Made by a program: the position numbers and the translations under genes. From a bacterium (GTDB lineage Bacteria > Krumholzibacteriota > Krumholzibacteriia > LZORAL124-64-63), in assembly GCA_014730255.1 (NCBI GenBank), contig WJIQ01000238.1, positions 1 to 56,154 on the forward strand: a stretch of DNA of 56,154 nucleotides, read 5' to 3'. This document shows positions 8,102 through 19,154 of the stretch, piece after piece (the first letter of the stretch is position 1; every line of letters starts with the position of its first letter). The notes beneath the pieces were generated by a model, which ran no database searches, was not told the DNA's origin, and worked only from the letters and a program-made list of their open reading frames with translations.

Positions 8102-9217
8102 TCAGTCGAGCGGTCGGCCGAACTTGTCGAACACCACGTCGGCATGGCGTTTGGTCTCGGGTAGGGGGAGCTCCTCATGGACCCACTGGTACTCGCCGTC
8201 GACCTCGGTGAAGTGCAGCACGCGGCCCTCGATGCCCACGGCATAGAGGTCCGTGCCGCTCGAGCCCCAGATGTCGAACAGGACCAGGCCGTCGTCGTAC
8301 AGGATCTGCGCGCCGTTGTAGGGCGGGTCGACGCGGCTGATGCGACCGTCGTTGGTCACCGCCCACAGCGTGTCCGCGTTGCCGGTGTAGCAGCCGTAGA
8401 TCGTCGCGTCGATGGCCGGGCTGAAGCGCTCGATCCAGGACAGGCCCTCGCCCTCGACCTGGCGCAGCTGGAACAGCCGGCCGCCGTCGGTGGCGAGGAA
8501 GTTGCCGCTGACCCGGTCCTTGCTGGTGCCGGCGGTGATCCACTCGCGGCCGCCGAGGATCCGGCGGAGCTGCCAGTCGGTCTCCGGATCCTCCATGAGG
8601 ATGACGCCGTCGGCGCCGGCGACGCCGTACTCGCCGATGACGGTCAGCGACTCGATGACCTCCTCGGGGTCCTCGTCGCTGTCGAGGTAGAGGGTGTCGA
8701 GCACGGTCTGCTCGTTGTCGCGCTGGTAGATCTCCGTCGCCGCCGCGGCCCAGCCGCTGCCGCCGAGGAGCCGCAGGGTCGGCAGATTGTCCGTCCGACC
8801 GCAGGCGTGGATCACGCCGTCGAACGTACCGATGCTGAAGAAGTCGGCCTCGGTCCCGGTGTCCATGGCGGCCCAGCCGCCGCCTCCCTGCTTGCGCAGG
8901 ATCACGCCGTCGTGGCCGGTGACGTAGATGGTGCCGTCGCCATCGCCCCAGACGTCGGTCAGCGCGACGGTCGTGCCGCTCTCCTGCCGGGTCCAGCTGG
9001 TGCCGTCCCAGTGGTAGATCAGGCCGGGCTGCCCCACGACGTACACGTCGTCCGGGCCCGTGCCCCAGACGCCGAGGAACCAGAGACCGATCTCGGGCTG
9101 GGGCTGGTCGGGGTACGTCGGGTCGGAGCTGTCGTCGCCGCAGCCGGCGGCCAGGATCAGCGTCAGGCTCATCACCGCGATCGCGGTTCGCGCGAAGGAA
9201 GCCCGGGAACCAGTCAT
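8102..9217 (-). CDS. Lipoprotein with beta-propeller-like W-G repeats
   Basis: Lipobox LAAGC; repeats GVWGTGPDDVYVVG, DVWGDGDGTIYVTG and DIWGSSGTDLYAVG. Confidence 0.75.
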   Translation of the reverse strand: MTGSRASFARTAIAVMSLTLILAAGCGDDSSDPTYPDQPQPEIGLWFLGVWGTGPDDVYVVGQPGLIYHWDGTSWTRQESGTTVALTDVWGDGDGTIYVTGHDGVILRKQGGGGWAAMDTGTEADFFSIGTFDGVIHACGRTDNLPTLRLLGGSGWAAAATEIYQRDNEQTVLDTLYLDSDEDPEEVIESLTVIGEYGVAGADGVILMEDPETDWQLRRILGGREWITAGTSKDRVSGNFLATDGGRLFQLRQVEGEGLSWIERFSPAIDATIYGCYTGNADTLWAVTNDGRISRVDPPYNGAQILYDDGLVLFDIWGSSGTDLYAVGIEGRVLHFTEVDGEYQWVHEELPLPETKRHADVVFDKFGRPLD

Positions 9218-9323
9218 CGGGGCCACTCCCTGGGAATAATGGATCTCGCTGCGTCGAGGGCCGGCCGTCGGCGCGCCGGACGGGGCGGTCGCGGCGGGGT
9301 GGCCGGGTCGAGACGTCTGCGTA

Positions 9324-9352
9324 AAAATAGTGAGTGAGCCGGCGAAAGTCCA
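9324..9352 (-). promoter_or_regulatory. Putative sigma70 promoter for the lipoprotein gene
   Basis: TGGACT-17 nt-TATTTT on the minus strand in an AT-rich patch. Confidence 0.35.
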
Positions 9353-9434
9353 CAGACAACCGGCGGTTGCACCTTGCCGCCGCCCGGGCGCTTGACGACA
9401 TTGGCGGCGGACCCGCCCCACAGGAGTTGACGCC

Positions 9435-10379
9435 ATGACGCAAGCGACGAGCACCGAGCACCACGTCGCCGAGATCCAGCGCCTGCGCCGCGAGCTCGAT
9501 GCCGTGATCCTGGCCCACTACTACCAGGAATCGGCGATCCAGGACCTCGCCGACCACGTCGGCGACAGTCTCTTCCTCGCCCAGCGCGCGGCCGAGACCG
9601 ATGCGGAGGTGATCGTCTTCTGCGGGGTGCACTTCATGGCCGAGACGGCGAAGATCCTCAACCCGGACAAGCTCGTCCTCTTGCCCGACCTCTCGGCCGG
9701 GTGCAGCCTGGCCGACGGCTGTCCGCCCGACGAGTTCGCCGCCTGGCGGGCGCAGTACCCCGATCACCAGGTGGTCAGCTACATCAACTGCTCGGCCGAG
9801 ACCAAGGCCCAGAGCGACATGATCTGCACCAGCAGCAACGCCGTGAAGGTGGTGGAGAGCTTCCCCGCCGATCAGCCGCTGATCTTCGCGCCCGATCGGT
9901 TCCTCGGGCGCTGGGTCGCCCGTCAGACCGGCCGCGATCTGGTCCTCTGGCACGGCAGCTGCGAGGTTCACGAGGTCTTCAGCGCCATCCGTCTCGAGCA
10001 GCTGCGCGAGCAGCACCCCGAGGCGGTCGTCGCCGCGCACCCGGAATGCCCCGAGATCATCCTCGACCAGGCCGACCACATCGGATCGACCAGCAGCATC
10101 CTGGCATTCGCCAGGCAGACCCCGGCCCGGGCCATCATCGTGGTGACCGAGGCGGGGATCCTGCACCAGATGCAGAAGGAGAATCCGGAGAAGCTGCTGA
10201 TCCCGGCCCCGGGCGCGGACGAGACCTGCAACTGCAACCTCTGCCCGTATATGCGCAAGAACACCCTCGAGAAGCTGCACGCCTGCATGCGCGACCGCGA
10301 GCCCTCGCTGGAGCTCGATCCCGATCTGGCGGCGCGCGCGCTCGTCCCGCTGGAGCGGATGCTCGCGCTCAGCCGCTGA
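9435..10379 (+). CDS. nadA: Quinolinate synthase A
   Basis: [39 protein letters not shown] and CPYM motifs with the three Fe-S cysteines; AGGAG SD. Confidence 0.97.
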   Translation: MTQATSTEHHVAEIQRLRRELDAVILAHYYQESAIQDLADHVGDSLFLAQRAAETDAEVIVFCGVHFMAETAKILNPDKLVLLPDLSAGCSLADGCPPDEFAAWRAQYPDHQVVSYINCSAETKAQSDMICTSSNAVKVVESFPADQPLIFAPDRFLGRWVARQTGRDLVLWHGSCEVHEVFSAIRLEQLREQHPEAVVAAHPECPEIILDQADHIGSTSSILAFARQTPARAIIVVTEAGILHQMQKENPEKLLIPAPGADETCNCNLCPYMRKNTLEKLHACMRDREPSLELDPDLAARALVPLERMLALSR

Positions 10380-10380
10380 G

Positions 10381-11517
10381 TCAGTCGCCGGTGTAGTCGG
10401 CGGACTGGCGGCGCGACAGCGAGATCCGTCGCCGGTTGGGGTCGACCTCGAGCACCCGCACGGAGATCTCGTCTCCCTCGTTGATGACCTCGCGGGGATG
10501 CAGCAGGCGCCGCTCCGACAGCTCGCTGATGTGCACGAGCCCCTCGATGCCCGGCTTCAGCTGCACGAAGGCCCCGAAGTCGACCAGCCGGGTGACCGTG
10601 CCCGTGACGTCCGTGCCGACCTCCATCGAGGCGGCCTCGCTGGGCCACGGATCGTCGGCCAGCGACTTCATCGAGAGGCTGATGCGCTCGCGGCGACCCT
10701 CACCCGGGTTCTGGATCTCGACCACCTCGACGCGGACGTCCTGCCCCTCCTGGAGCACCTCGCCGGGGTCGGAGATCCGGTGATGGCTGATCTGCGAGAT
10801 GTGCACGAGGCCCTCGACCCCGCCGATGTCCACGAACGCGCCGTAGGGCATCATCCGGGTGACCTGGCCGTCGAACACCGCCCCGCGCTCGAGCGCGGCG
10901 CGGGTCGACGCGGCCGTCTCCTCGCGCTCCTGCTGGAGCAGGGCGCGGCGCGAGAGCACGATGTTCCGACCATCGGGCGAGATCTCCAGGATCTTGAAGC
11001 GCTGCGTCGTGCCGACGAACGGCTCGGGATCCTCGACCCGCCGCAGATCCATCTGGCTGAACGGACAGAACCCGCGCCGTCCGCCGAGGTCGACGGTGAA
11101 GCCGCCCTTGTTGGTCGCGGTCACCTTGCCCTCGACCGGCACGCCGGCGGACAAGGCGTCCTGGAGCATCTGGAGAGCCTGCTCGCCCGCCGCGGCGGGG
11201 CTCATGGTCATGGTGAGCGCGAGGCCGTCGGCCGACTTCACGACGTAGGCCGTGACCTCGTCGCCCTCGGCGACGGTCAGCTGCCCCTCGTCGTCGCGGA
11301 GCTGATCGACCGGAAGGGGGAGCTCGCGGCGGACGCCGATGTCGACGAACACCTCGCTCGGTCCGATCTGGACCACCCGGCCGGTCACCTGGTCTCCCTC
11401 GTTCGGCTCGGGCTTGCCGGCCTCGCTCTCGGCGAGCATGTCGCTGAATTCCTGGCTGGCGGCGCTGTCCTGGTTCTCGTCGTCCTGGAAGTCCTGGTTG
11501 ATGGGATCGTCGTGCAT
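10381..11517 (-). CDS. S1 RNA-binding protein (short ribosomal protein S1 homolog, about 4 S1 domains)
   Basis: S1 repeats GAFVDIGGVEGLVHISQIS, FGAFVQLKPGIEGLVHISELS and GFCPFSQM; acidic N-terminus; ATG at 11517. Confidence 0.88.
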   Translation of the reverse strand: MHDDPINQDFQDDENQDSAASQEFSDMLAESEAGKPEPNEGDQVTGRVVQIGPSEVFVDIGVRRELPLPVDQLRDDEGQLTVAEGDEVTAYVVKSADGLALTMTMSPAAAGEQALQMLQDALSAGVPVEGKVTATNKGGFTVDLGGRRGFCPFSQMDLRRVEDPEPFVGTTQRFKILEISPDGRNIVLSRRALLQQEREETAASTRAALERGAVFDGQVTRMMPYGAFVDIGGVEGLVHISQISHHRISDPGEVLQEGQDVRVEVVEIQNPGEGRRERISLSMKSLADDPWPSEAASMEVGTDVTGTVTRLVDFGAFVQLKPGIEGLVHISELSERRLLHPREVINEGDEISVRVLEVDPNRRRISLSRRQSADYTGD

Positions 11518-11666
11518 GGTCGATTCCTGTGGGTCTTGGGGCGCTGGGATATGGAACGAACACCGCGCCCGGAGGGTGCGGCACGGACAGGATAACCCAT
11601 CGGTCAACCCGTGGCGTGTTTTTTTTAGGTTGCCGCGTGGCCGGAAACGGGCGAATCGAGGTTCGC

Positions 11667-12482
11667 CTAGCTGTCCTTCCAGAACTCCTCGACGAAGATC
11701 TGACCGGGGTCGCGGCGGGCGTGCTTCTTCAGGCCGAGGTCGTCGAGGTAGCGGAGCATGCTCTGGATCATCATCGGGTTGCCGCAGAGGAAGACCGACG
11801 TGTTCTCGGGCGAGACCTCGTGACCGAGCGCCCGATGGACGGTGCCGTCGTCGAAGAACCGGTTCACGTAGCCGGTCGGCCCCTTCCAGGCCGGGTCGCG
11901 TTCGGGCATGTCGATGATCGGCAGGTAGGTGAAGCTGTCGTAGCGTGCGGCGAGGCCCTCGACCTCGCTGCGGTAGCCGAGATCGTACGAGACCCGGCTG
12001 CCATGGACGACCACCGTCTTGCGGCCGCTGTCGAACTCGTACCGTGACCGCAGCATGCTGATGTAGGGCGCCAGCCCCGTGCCGGTGGCCACGAGCACCA
12101 CGTCGTGATCCTCGGGGACCTCCTGCATGGTGAACATGCCCACGACCTTGCGACCCAGGAACACGCGGTCGCCGGTCTGCAGGGCGAACAGACGCGGCGT
12201 CAGCGCGCCCGATCTCACCATCGCGACGTAGAACTCGAAGTAGCGGCCCTGCAGGCTGCTGGAGGCGATGGAGTACGCCCGCTTGATGATCTTGTCGGGA
12301 TCGCTGGGCGGGTCCTCCGGATCGGCGGTGTGATGGCGCGGCGCCGACCCCGGCAGGCCGAGGATGGTGTACTGGCCCGCCTGGAAGGGCTGCATCTCCT
12401 CGTCCGGAGAGACCTGCAGGACGAGCAGTCCGTGATTGATCTCGTACCGCATGGTGACCGTGGCGTTGAGCTCGGCGGGCAT
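11667..12482 (-). CDS. fpr: Ferredoxin--NADP+ reductase
   Basis: RAYSIAS FAD motif, ATGTGLAPY, FLCGNPMMI, C-terminal EEFW. Confidence 0.92.
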   Translation of the reverse strand: MPAELNATVTMRYEINHGLLVLQVSPDEEMQPFQAGQYTILGLPGSAPRHHTADPEDPPSDPDKIIKRAYSIASSSLQGRYFEFYVAMVRSGALTPRLFALQTGDRVFLGRKVVGMFTMQEVPEDHDVVLVATGTGLAPYISMLRSRYEFDSGRKTVVVHGSRVSYDLGYRSEVEGLAARYDSFTYLPIIDMPERDPAWKGPTGYVNRFFDDGTVHRALGHEVSPENTSVFLCGNPMMIQSMLRYLDDLGLKKHARRDPGQIFVEEFWKDS

Positions 12483-12633
12483 CGTCGTCTCCGTCTCCTG
12501 GTCTCGGTGTGGTGAATCCTGGTTCGCCCGACAGGAGGCCGGCCGGGCGGCCGCCTACGATAACACCCGGATCCCGGGCCCAAAAGGTCGAATCTCCGCC
12601 CCGCCTGCGGGGAAACGAGGGCGAAGATTTATG

Positions 12634-12680
12634 TTGACGCTTTCGGTAATGTTTTTACTTTGGGACCTGAACAGTCTTGT
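12634..12680 (+). promoter_or_regulatory. Sigma70-like promoter of the suf operon with an adjacent Rrf2/IscR-like operator
   Basis: TTGACG (12634) - 16 nt - TACTTT (12656), followed by the GAC-N7-GTC palindrome at 12664-12676. Confidence 0.55.
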
Positions 12681-12752
12681 TATCGCGGCCGGGCCGGGCG
12701 CCTCGACGGGGCGCGGGCCCACCGTCGGAACCGAACAGCGAGGCAGGACCCC

Positions 12753-13259
12753 ATGTTGAGGATCACCAAGGCGGAGGATCAGGCCGTGCGGCTGGTCATG
12801 CAGCTGGCGACCAGTGGCGAGCAGCTCACCCTCGGGCAGCTCGCCGAGCGGGAGGCCTTGCCTGAGCCGACCGTCGCCAAGCTCCTCGGGCAGCTGCGGC
12901 GCGGCGGCGTGGTCGAGGCGATCCGGGGACGGCACGGCGGCTACACGCTGGCCGGCACCCCGGACGAGATCTCGGCCGGTCAGGTGCTGCGGGCCCTCGG
13001 GTCCGATCCGGCGCCTGATCATCCGTGCGTGGTCGATCCCAGCAACGGCGGCGACTGCCCGCGCACCGAGGACTGCGGACTGAGGGCGGTCTGGCGACAT
13101 CTCCAGATCCAGGTCAACGGTCTGCTCGAGAAGACGACGATCGCCGATCTGCTCCGCGTCGAGGACAACGTCGGCGGACGCCTGCACCAGCTCTGGCCGC
13201 GCGAGGACGGCGGATCGTCCGAGACCCCGGCCCCCAACGCCTACTCCGAAGGAGCCTGA
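12753..13259 (+). CDS. Rrf2 family Fe-S cluster regulator (IscR-like)
   Basis: Winged helix with RGRHGGYTLA; three cysteines in C..DCPRTEDC followed by W-x-H; first gene of the suf operon. Confidence 0.9.
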   Translation: MLRITKAEDQAVRLVMQLATSGEQLTLGQLAEREALPEPTVAKLLGQLRRGGVVEAIRGRHGGYTLAGTPDEISAGQVLRALGSDPAPDHPCVVDPSNGGDCPRTEDCGLRAVWRHLQIQVNGLLEKTTIADLLRVEDNVGGRLHQLWPREDGGSSETPAPNAYSEGA

Positions 13260-13264
13260 ATTCC

Positions 13265-14038
13265 ATGAGCGATTCCCGCAACACGCCCATCTTCTCCTGC
13301 CACGACGTGCACGTGTCCGTCGAGGGCAAGGAGATCGTCAAGGGTGTCGACCTCGAGGTCGGCGCCGGCGAGAAGCATGCCCTGATGGGGCCGAACGGCT
13401 CGGGCAAGTCGACCCTGGCCGCCGCGCTGATGGGGCATCCCGGCCTCGAGGTCACCGGCCGGATCGAGCTCGCCGGGGAGGACATCAGCGAGCTCGAGGC
13501 CGACGAGCGCGCCCGGCTCGGCCTGTTCCTCGGGTTCCAGTACCCGGTGGCGGTGCCCGGCGTCACGGTCGCGAGCTTCCTGCGCGCGGCGATGTCCGCG
13601 CGCCAGGGGCGTGACGTGCCGGTCAAGGAGTTCCGCCTGAAGATGCAGGCGGCGTTCGAGGCCCTCGGCGTGCCCCGCGACTTCGCGGGCCGGTACCTCA
13701 ACGACGGGTTCTCCGGGGGCGAGAAGAAGCGCCTGGAGATCATGCAGATGGCGCTGCTGGAGCCGCGCATGGCCCTGCTCGACGAGACCGACAGCGGCCT
13801 GGACATCGACGCGCTGAAGATCGTCTCCGCCGGCGTCAACGAGGCCACCGGGTCGGAGACCGGCGTGCTGATGGTCACGCATTACCAGCGCATCCTCGAC
13901 TACATCAAGCCGGACGTCGTGCACGTCTTCATGGACGGGCGCATCGTCCGTACCGGCGGCCCCGAGCTCGCCCACGAGCTCGAGGAGCGCGGGTACGACT
14001 GGCTCGCCGACACCACCACCGCCAGCGCGGGAGGTTGA
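13265..14038 (+). CDS. sufC: Fe-S cluster assembly ATPase SufC
   Basis: Walker [39 protein letters not shown]. Confidence 0.97.
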   Translation: MSDSRNTPIFSCHDVHVSVEGKEIVKGVDLEVGAGEKHALMGPNGSGKSTLAAALMGHPGLEVTGRIELAGEDISELEADERARLGLFLGFQYPVAVPGVTVASFLRAAMSARQGRDVPVKEFRLKMQAAFEALGVPRDFAGRYLNDGFSGGEKKRLEIMQMALLEPRMALLDETDSGLDIDALKIVSAGVNEATGSETGVLMVTHYQRILDYIKPDVVHVFMDGRIVRTGGPELAHELEERGYDWLADTTTASAGG

Positions 14039-14040
14039 CC

Positions 14041-15448
<1,408 letters not shown>

Positions 15449-15456
<8 letters not shown>

Positions 15457-16744
15457 CACCGCAACCGATGGAACGAGCGCGGCCCTGGACAGCCGTCGGC
15501 CGTTGCTCGCGACCGAGGACGTCGCGGCCTTCAGCCGGACCCTCGGCGAGGCGCCGATGGGCGCCCAGTGGCGCCAGCGCGCCGCCGAGGTGGCGGCCAC
15601 GATCGACTACCCCGATCGGGTGCGCCATCTCTGGAAGTACACCGACCCGGGTCGCCTCGCGCCGCAGCGTTCGCTGCTGCAGGTCCCGCAGGAGGTCGCG
15701 CCGTTCGACCTGCCCGACACGCCGGCCGTGCTGATCCAGCCCGGTCGGGCGCCGCAGCCCAACGCCGCGGCCATCGCCAGCGGCATCGAGGTGCGCGCCC
15801 TGCTGCACCAGGACGCCGACGTCGAGTGGATCGGCCGGGCCGTGCCCGCCGACCACGGGTACTTCGAGGCGATGAACGCGGCGGCGTTCAACGCCGGCGT
15901 GCTCGTGCGCATCCCGCGCCGCCACGTCGCCGAGGCGCCGCTGCGTCTGGTGATGGCCGCCGAGGCCGGCCGGGACGTGCTGCCGCGCGTGCTGGTCATA
16001 GCCGAGGAGTCGTCGCAGGCGACCGTCGTCGAGGACCACACCGGCGGTGGCGACGGCGCGGTCGTGATCGGCGTGACCGAGCTTCTCGCCGGCGACAACG
16101 CCGACCTGCACCACGTGCTGGTGCAGCGCTGGCAGGACGGCACCGTGGGGCACCTGACCCATCGCGCGGAGGTCAGCCGCGACGGGAAGTACCTCGGGGC
16201 GATCGCCGGCTTCGGCGGCGACGTCGCCAAGGCCGATCTCGGCGGGATCCTCGCCGGCCCGGGGGCTCGCAGCGAGATGATCGGCGTGACCCTGCCGGAC
16301 CGGCGGCAGCGCCTGGACCATCACACGCTGCACCGGCACACCAGCGGCCACACCTGGAGCAACATCGACTTCAAGGCGGCCGTCTCCGGCCGGGCACGGT
16401 CGGCCTACACCGGCCTGCTCCGCATCGAGGCCAACGCGCCGAGCAGCGAGGCGTACCAGGAGAACCGCAACCTCCTGCTCTCGGAGCGGGCGCACGCCGA
16501 CACGATCCCCGAGCTCGAGATCCTCACCGACGAGGTCAGCTGCAGCCACGGCGCGACGGCGGCCCCCATCGATCCCGAGCAGATCTTCTACCTCCAGTCG
16601 CGCGGGATCCCCGCGGACCGGGCGCTCCGCCTGGTCGTGCGCGGCTTCGTCGAACCGACCCTGCAGCAGGTTCCCGGGGGCCTGCGCGCCGAGCTCGAGG
16701 AGCTCGTCGAGGAGCGGCTGGCGCGCCTGGAGGGGAGTGCCTAA
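15449..16744 (+). CDS. sufD: Fe-S cluster assembly protein SufD
   Basis: [35 protein letters not shown]. The TTG start overlapping the sufB stop is uncertain. Confidence 0.92.
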
Positions 16745-17060
16745 CGTGGCCTGGACGAGGCTCATCGCACTCGACGAGGTGCCGGTGGGGACCGCGCGAG
16801 CGGTGCGTGCCGGGCCGGACGATCTCCTGGTCTGCCGGACCGGGGCCGACGCCGTGCACGTCCTGGAGGACGTCTGCAGCCACGACGACGCCCCGATCGG
16901 AGATCAGGAGATCGCCGACGGCATGGTGACCTGCCCACGCCACGGGGCCCGCTTCGACTGCGCCACCGGAGACGTGCGCCGCAGCCCGGCGCCCGTGGGG
17001 ATCGAGGTCTTCCCCTCCCGCATCGAGGCAGGGTGGATCGAGGTCGAACTGGAGGACTGA
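16737..17060 (+). CDS. Rieske [2Fe-2S] ferredoxin
   Basis: CSH and CPRHGARFD Rieske ligand motifs; lies within the suf operon. Confidence 0.9.
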   Translation: MPNVAWTRLIALDEVPVGTARAVRAGPDDLLVCRTGADAVHVLEDVCSHDDAPIGDQEIADGMVTCPRHGARFDCATGDVRRSPAPVGIEVFPSRIEAGWIEVELED

Positions 17061-17062
17061 GG

Positions 17063-18319
17063 ATGCCGCAGGGATCGCACACCGACCTCGCCGGATCGCC
17101 GGCGGGAGGGCTGTTGCGAGACCGCTTCCCGCTGCTGGAACGTCGCATCGGCGATCGTCCGCTGTGTTATCTGGACACCGCGGCCACGAGCCAGAAGCCG
17201 GAGGCCGTGCTCGCCGCCCTCGATCGCTATCACCGCCGGAGCAACGCCAACGTGCACCGGGGCCTGAACACCCTGGCCGCCGAGGCCACCGAGGCGTACG
17301 AGACCTGCCGCCGGCGCGTGGCCGGTCTGGTCGCCGCGCCGACGCCGGAGTCGGTGGTGATCACGCGGGGGGCGACCGCCAGCCTCAACCTGCTCGCCCG
17401 GGGCCTCGAGCACGAGCTCGAGCCCGGCGACGAGATCCTGCTGACCGAGATGGAGCACCACGCGAACCTCGTGCCGTGGCAGATGCTCGCCCGCCGGCGC
17501 GATCTCACGCTCCGGTTCGTTCCGGTCACCGACGACGGCGAGCTCGACCTCTCCGGCCTCGACGCGCTGATCACCGACCGCACGCGCCTCGTCGGCCTGG
17601 TCCATACGAGCAACGTGCTCGGGACGATCAACCCGGTGGCGGAGATCGCCGGGGCCGCGCGCGAGCGCGGCGCGCTCGTGGTCGTCGACGCGGCCCAGAC
17701 CATCGGCCATGCGCCCCTGGCGTTCGACGACCTGGGCGCCGACGCGCTCGTCTTCTCGGCCCACAAGGCGTACGGCCCCATGGGCCTGGGTTTCCTGGTC
17801 GCCCGTCCGGCATTGCTCGAGCGCCTCGAGCCCATGGAGGGCGGCGGCGAGATGATCGAATGGGTGCACCTCGAGTCGTCGACCTGGGCGGCGATCCCGC
17901 ACCGCTTCGAGGCCGGCACGCCCAACGTCGCGGCGGCGGCCGCGTTCCCGGCGGCGATCGACCTCGTCGAGGAGGTCGGGCTCGAGACCATCCGCGACCA
18001 CGAGCGGAGCATCACCGCCCATGCCCTCGAGGCGCTCGAGGCGCTCGGCGGCCTGACGATCTACGGTCCGCGCGACTCCGCCGCTCGTGGCGGCCTGGTC
18101 TCGTTCTGGGATCCGGACGTGCACCCGCACGATCTGAGCACGATCCTCGATCAGGCCGGCGTCATGGTCCGGGCGGGCCACCACTGCGCGCAGCCCCTGC
18201 ACCGGCGACTCGGCGTGCCGGCGACCACGCGCGCGAGCTTCGGACTCTACACCCGCCTCGACGAGATCGACGCCCTGATCGAGGGCCTCGTGGCAGCCAG
18301 AAAGGTGTTCGGACGCTGA
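17063..18319 (+). CDS. sufS: Cysteine desulfurase SufS
   Basis: YLDTAATSQKP, EHHANLVPWQ, PLP lysine in SAHK, RAGHHCAQP. Confidence 0.96.
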   Translation: MPQGSHTDLAGSPAGGLLRDRFPLLERRIGDRPLCYLDTAATSQKPEAVLAALDRYHRRSNANVHRGLNTLAAEATEAYETCRRRVAGLVAAPTPESVVITRGATASLNLLARGLEHELEPGDEILLTEMEHHANLVPWQMLARRRDLTLRFVPVTDDGELDLSGLDALITDRTRLVGLVHTSNVLGTINPVAEIAGAARERGALVVVDAAQTIGHAPLAFDDLGADALVFSAHKAYGPMGLGFLVARPALLERLEPMEGGGEMIEWVHLESSTWAAIPHRFEAGTPNVAAAAAFPAAIDLVEEVGLETIRDHERSITAHALEALEALGGLTIYGPRDSAARGGLVSFWDPDVHPHDLSTILDQAGVMVRAGHHCAQPLHRRLGVPATTRASFGLYTRLDEIDALIEGLVAARKVFGR

Positions 18320-18834
18320 TGGACGGACCGATGGACTCCCTGTACCGCGAGGTGGTGCTCGACCACCATCGCAACCCCCGGGGCTCCCGCCCGCTCGACG
18401 ACTACGACGTGCAGGCCTCCGGCAAGAACCCCAGCTGCGGCGACGAGGTCACCCTGCAGGTGCGCTTCGACGGCGAGCGCATCGCCGGCGTGGGCGTCCT
18501 GAGCCAGGGCTGCGCCATCTCGACCTCGAGCGGCAGCATGATGGCCGAGCTCATCGAGGGCCGCTCGCTCGACGAGGTCGAGACGATCGCCGATCGCTTC
18601 AAGGCCGTCATGCACGGCGACGACATCCCGACCGACGTCGACCTCGGCGACCTCGAGGCGCTCGAGGGCGTGCGGCAGTTCCCCGTGCGGATCAAGTGCG
18701 CGCTGCTGCCGTGGATCACGCTGCTCGACGCGCTGATCGCGCATCACCAGGGCCGCGAGCCCGATGTCATCTCCACCGAGGGCCTGACCGAGGATGGCCG
18801 GCCCATGGACGTCACCCTGGAGGACCGACGATGA
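18319..18834 (+). CDS. sufU: SUF system scaffold/sulfur-transfer protein SufU
   Basis: LYREVVLDH, NPSCGDE, GCAIS, RIKCALLPW. Alternative start at 18331. Confidence 0.93.
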   Translation: MDGPMDSLYREVVLDHHRNPRGSRPLDDYDVQASGKNPSCGDEVTLQVRFDGERIAGVGVLSQGCAISTSSGSMMAELIEGRSLDEVETIADRFKAVMHGDDIPTDVDLGDLEALEGVRQFPVRIKCALLPWITLLDALIAHHQGREPDVISTEGLTEDGRPMDVTLEDRR

Positions 18835-19154
18835 ACGAAGCGAAGCCCACGCCCGAGGGGGTGCTCGACGCCCTGCGTCCGGTGATCGATCCCGAGCTGA
18901 ACATCTCGATCGTCGATCTGGGGCTCGTGCGCGGCGTCAGCATCCAGGACGACACCGGCCACGTCGACGTCGACCTGACCCTCACCAGCCCCATGTGCCC
19001 GCTCGGTCCGGAGATCATGGCCGCCACCAAGAACGCGGCCGAGAAGGTCCCGGGCGTCAGCGGCTGCGAGGTCCAGCTCGTGTGGTCGCCGATGTGGGAT
19101 CCGCACGTGGACGCCTCGGACGACGCCAAGGCCGAGCTGGGCATCTGGGACTAG
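18831..19154 (+). CDS. sufT: DUF59 / SufT metal-sulfur cluster assembly factor
   Basis: VIDPELNISIVDLGLV, TLTSPMCP, LVWSPMW. Confidence 0.9.
   Translation: MNEAKPTPEGVLDALRPVIDPELNISIVDLGLVRGVSIQDDTGHVDVDLTLTSPMCPLGPEIMAATKNAAEKVPGVSGCEVQLVWSPMWDPHVDASDDAKAELGIWD

Noticed and set aside
9350-9434. NAD+ riboswitch upstream of nadA
   Set aside because: Only short hairpins (CAACC-GGC-GGTTG; GCCGCC...GGCGGC) are present and I could not match the full motif. An Infernal/Rfam search would settle it.
11600-11640. Terminator at the T8 tract between fpr and the S1 gene
   Set aside because: The T-tract is on the strand opposite to these genes and has no convincing stem. It is more likely an A-tract promoter element.
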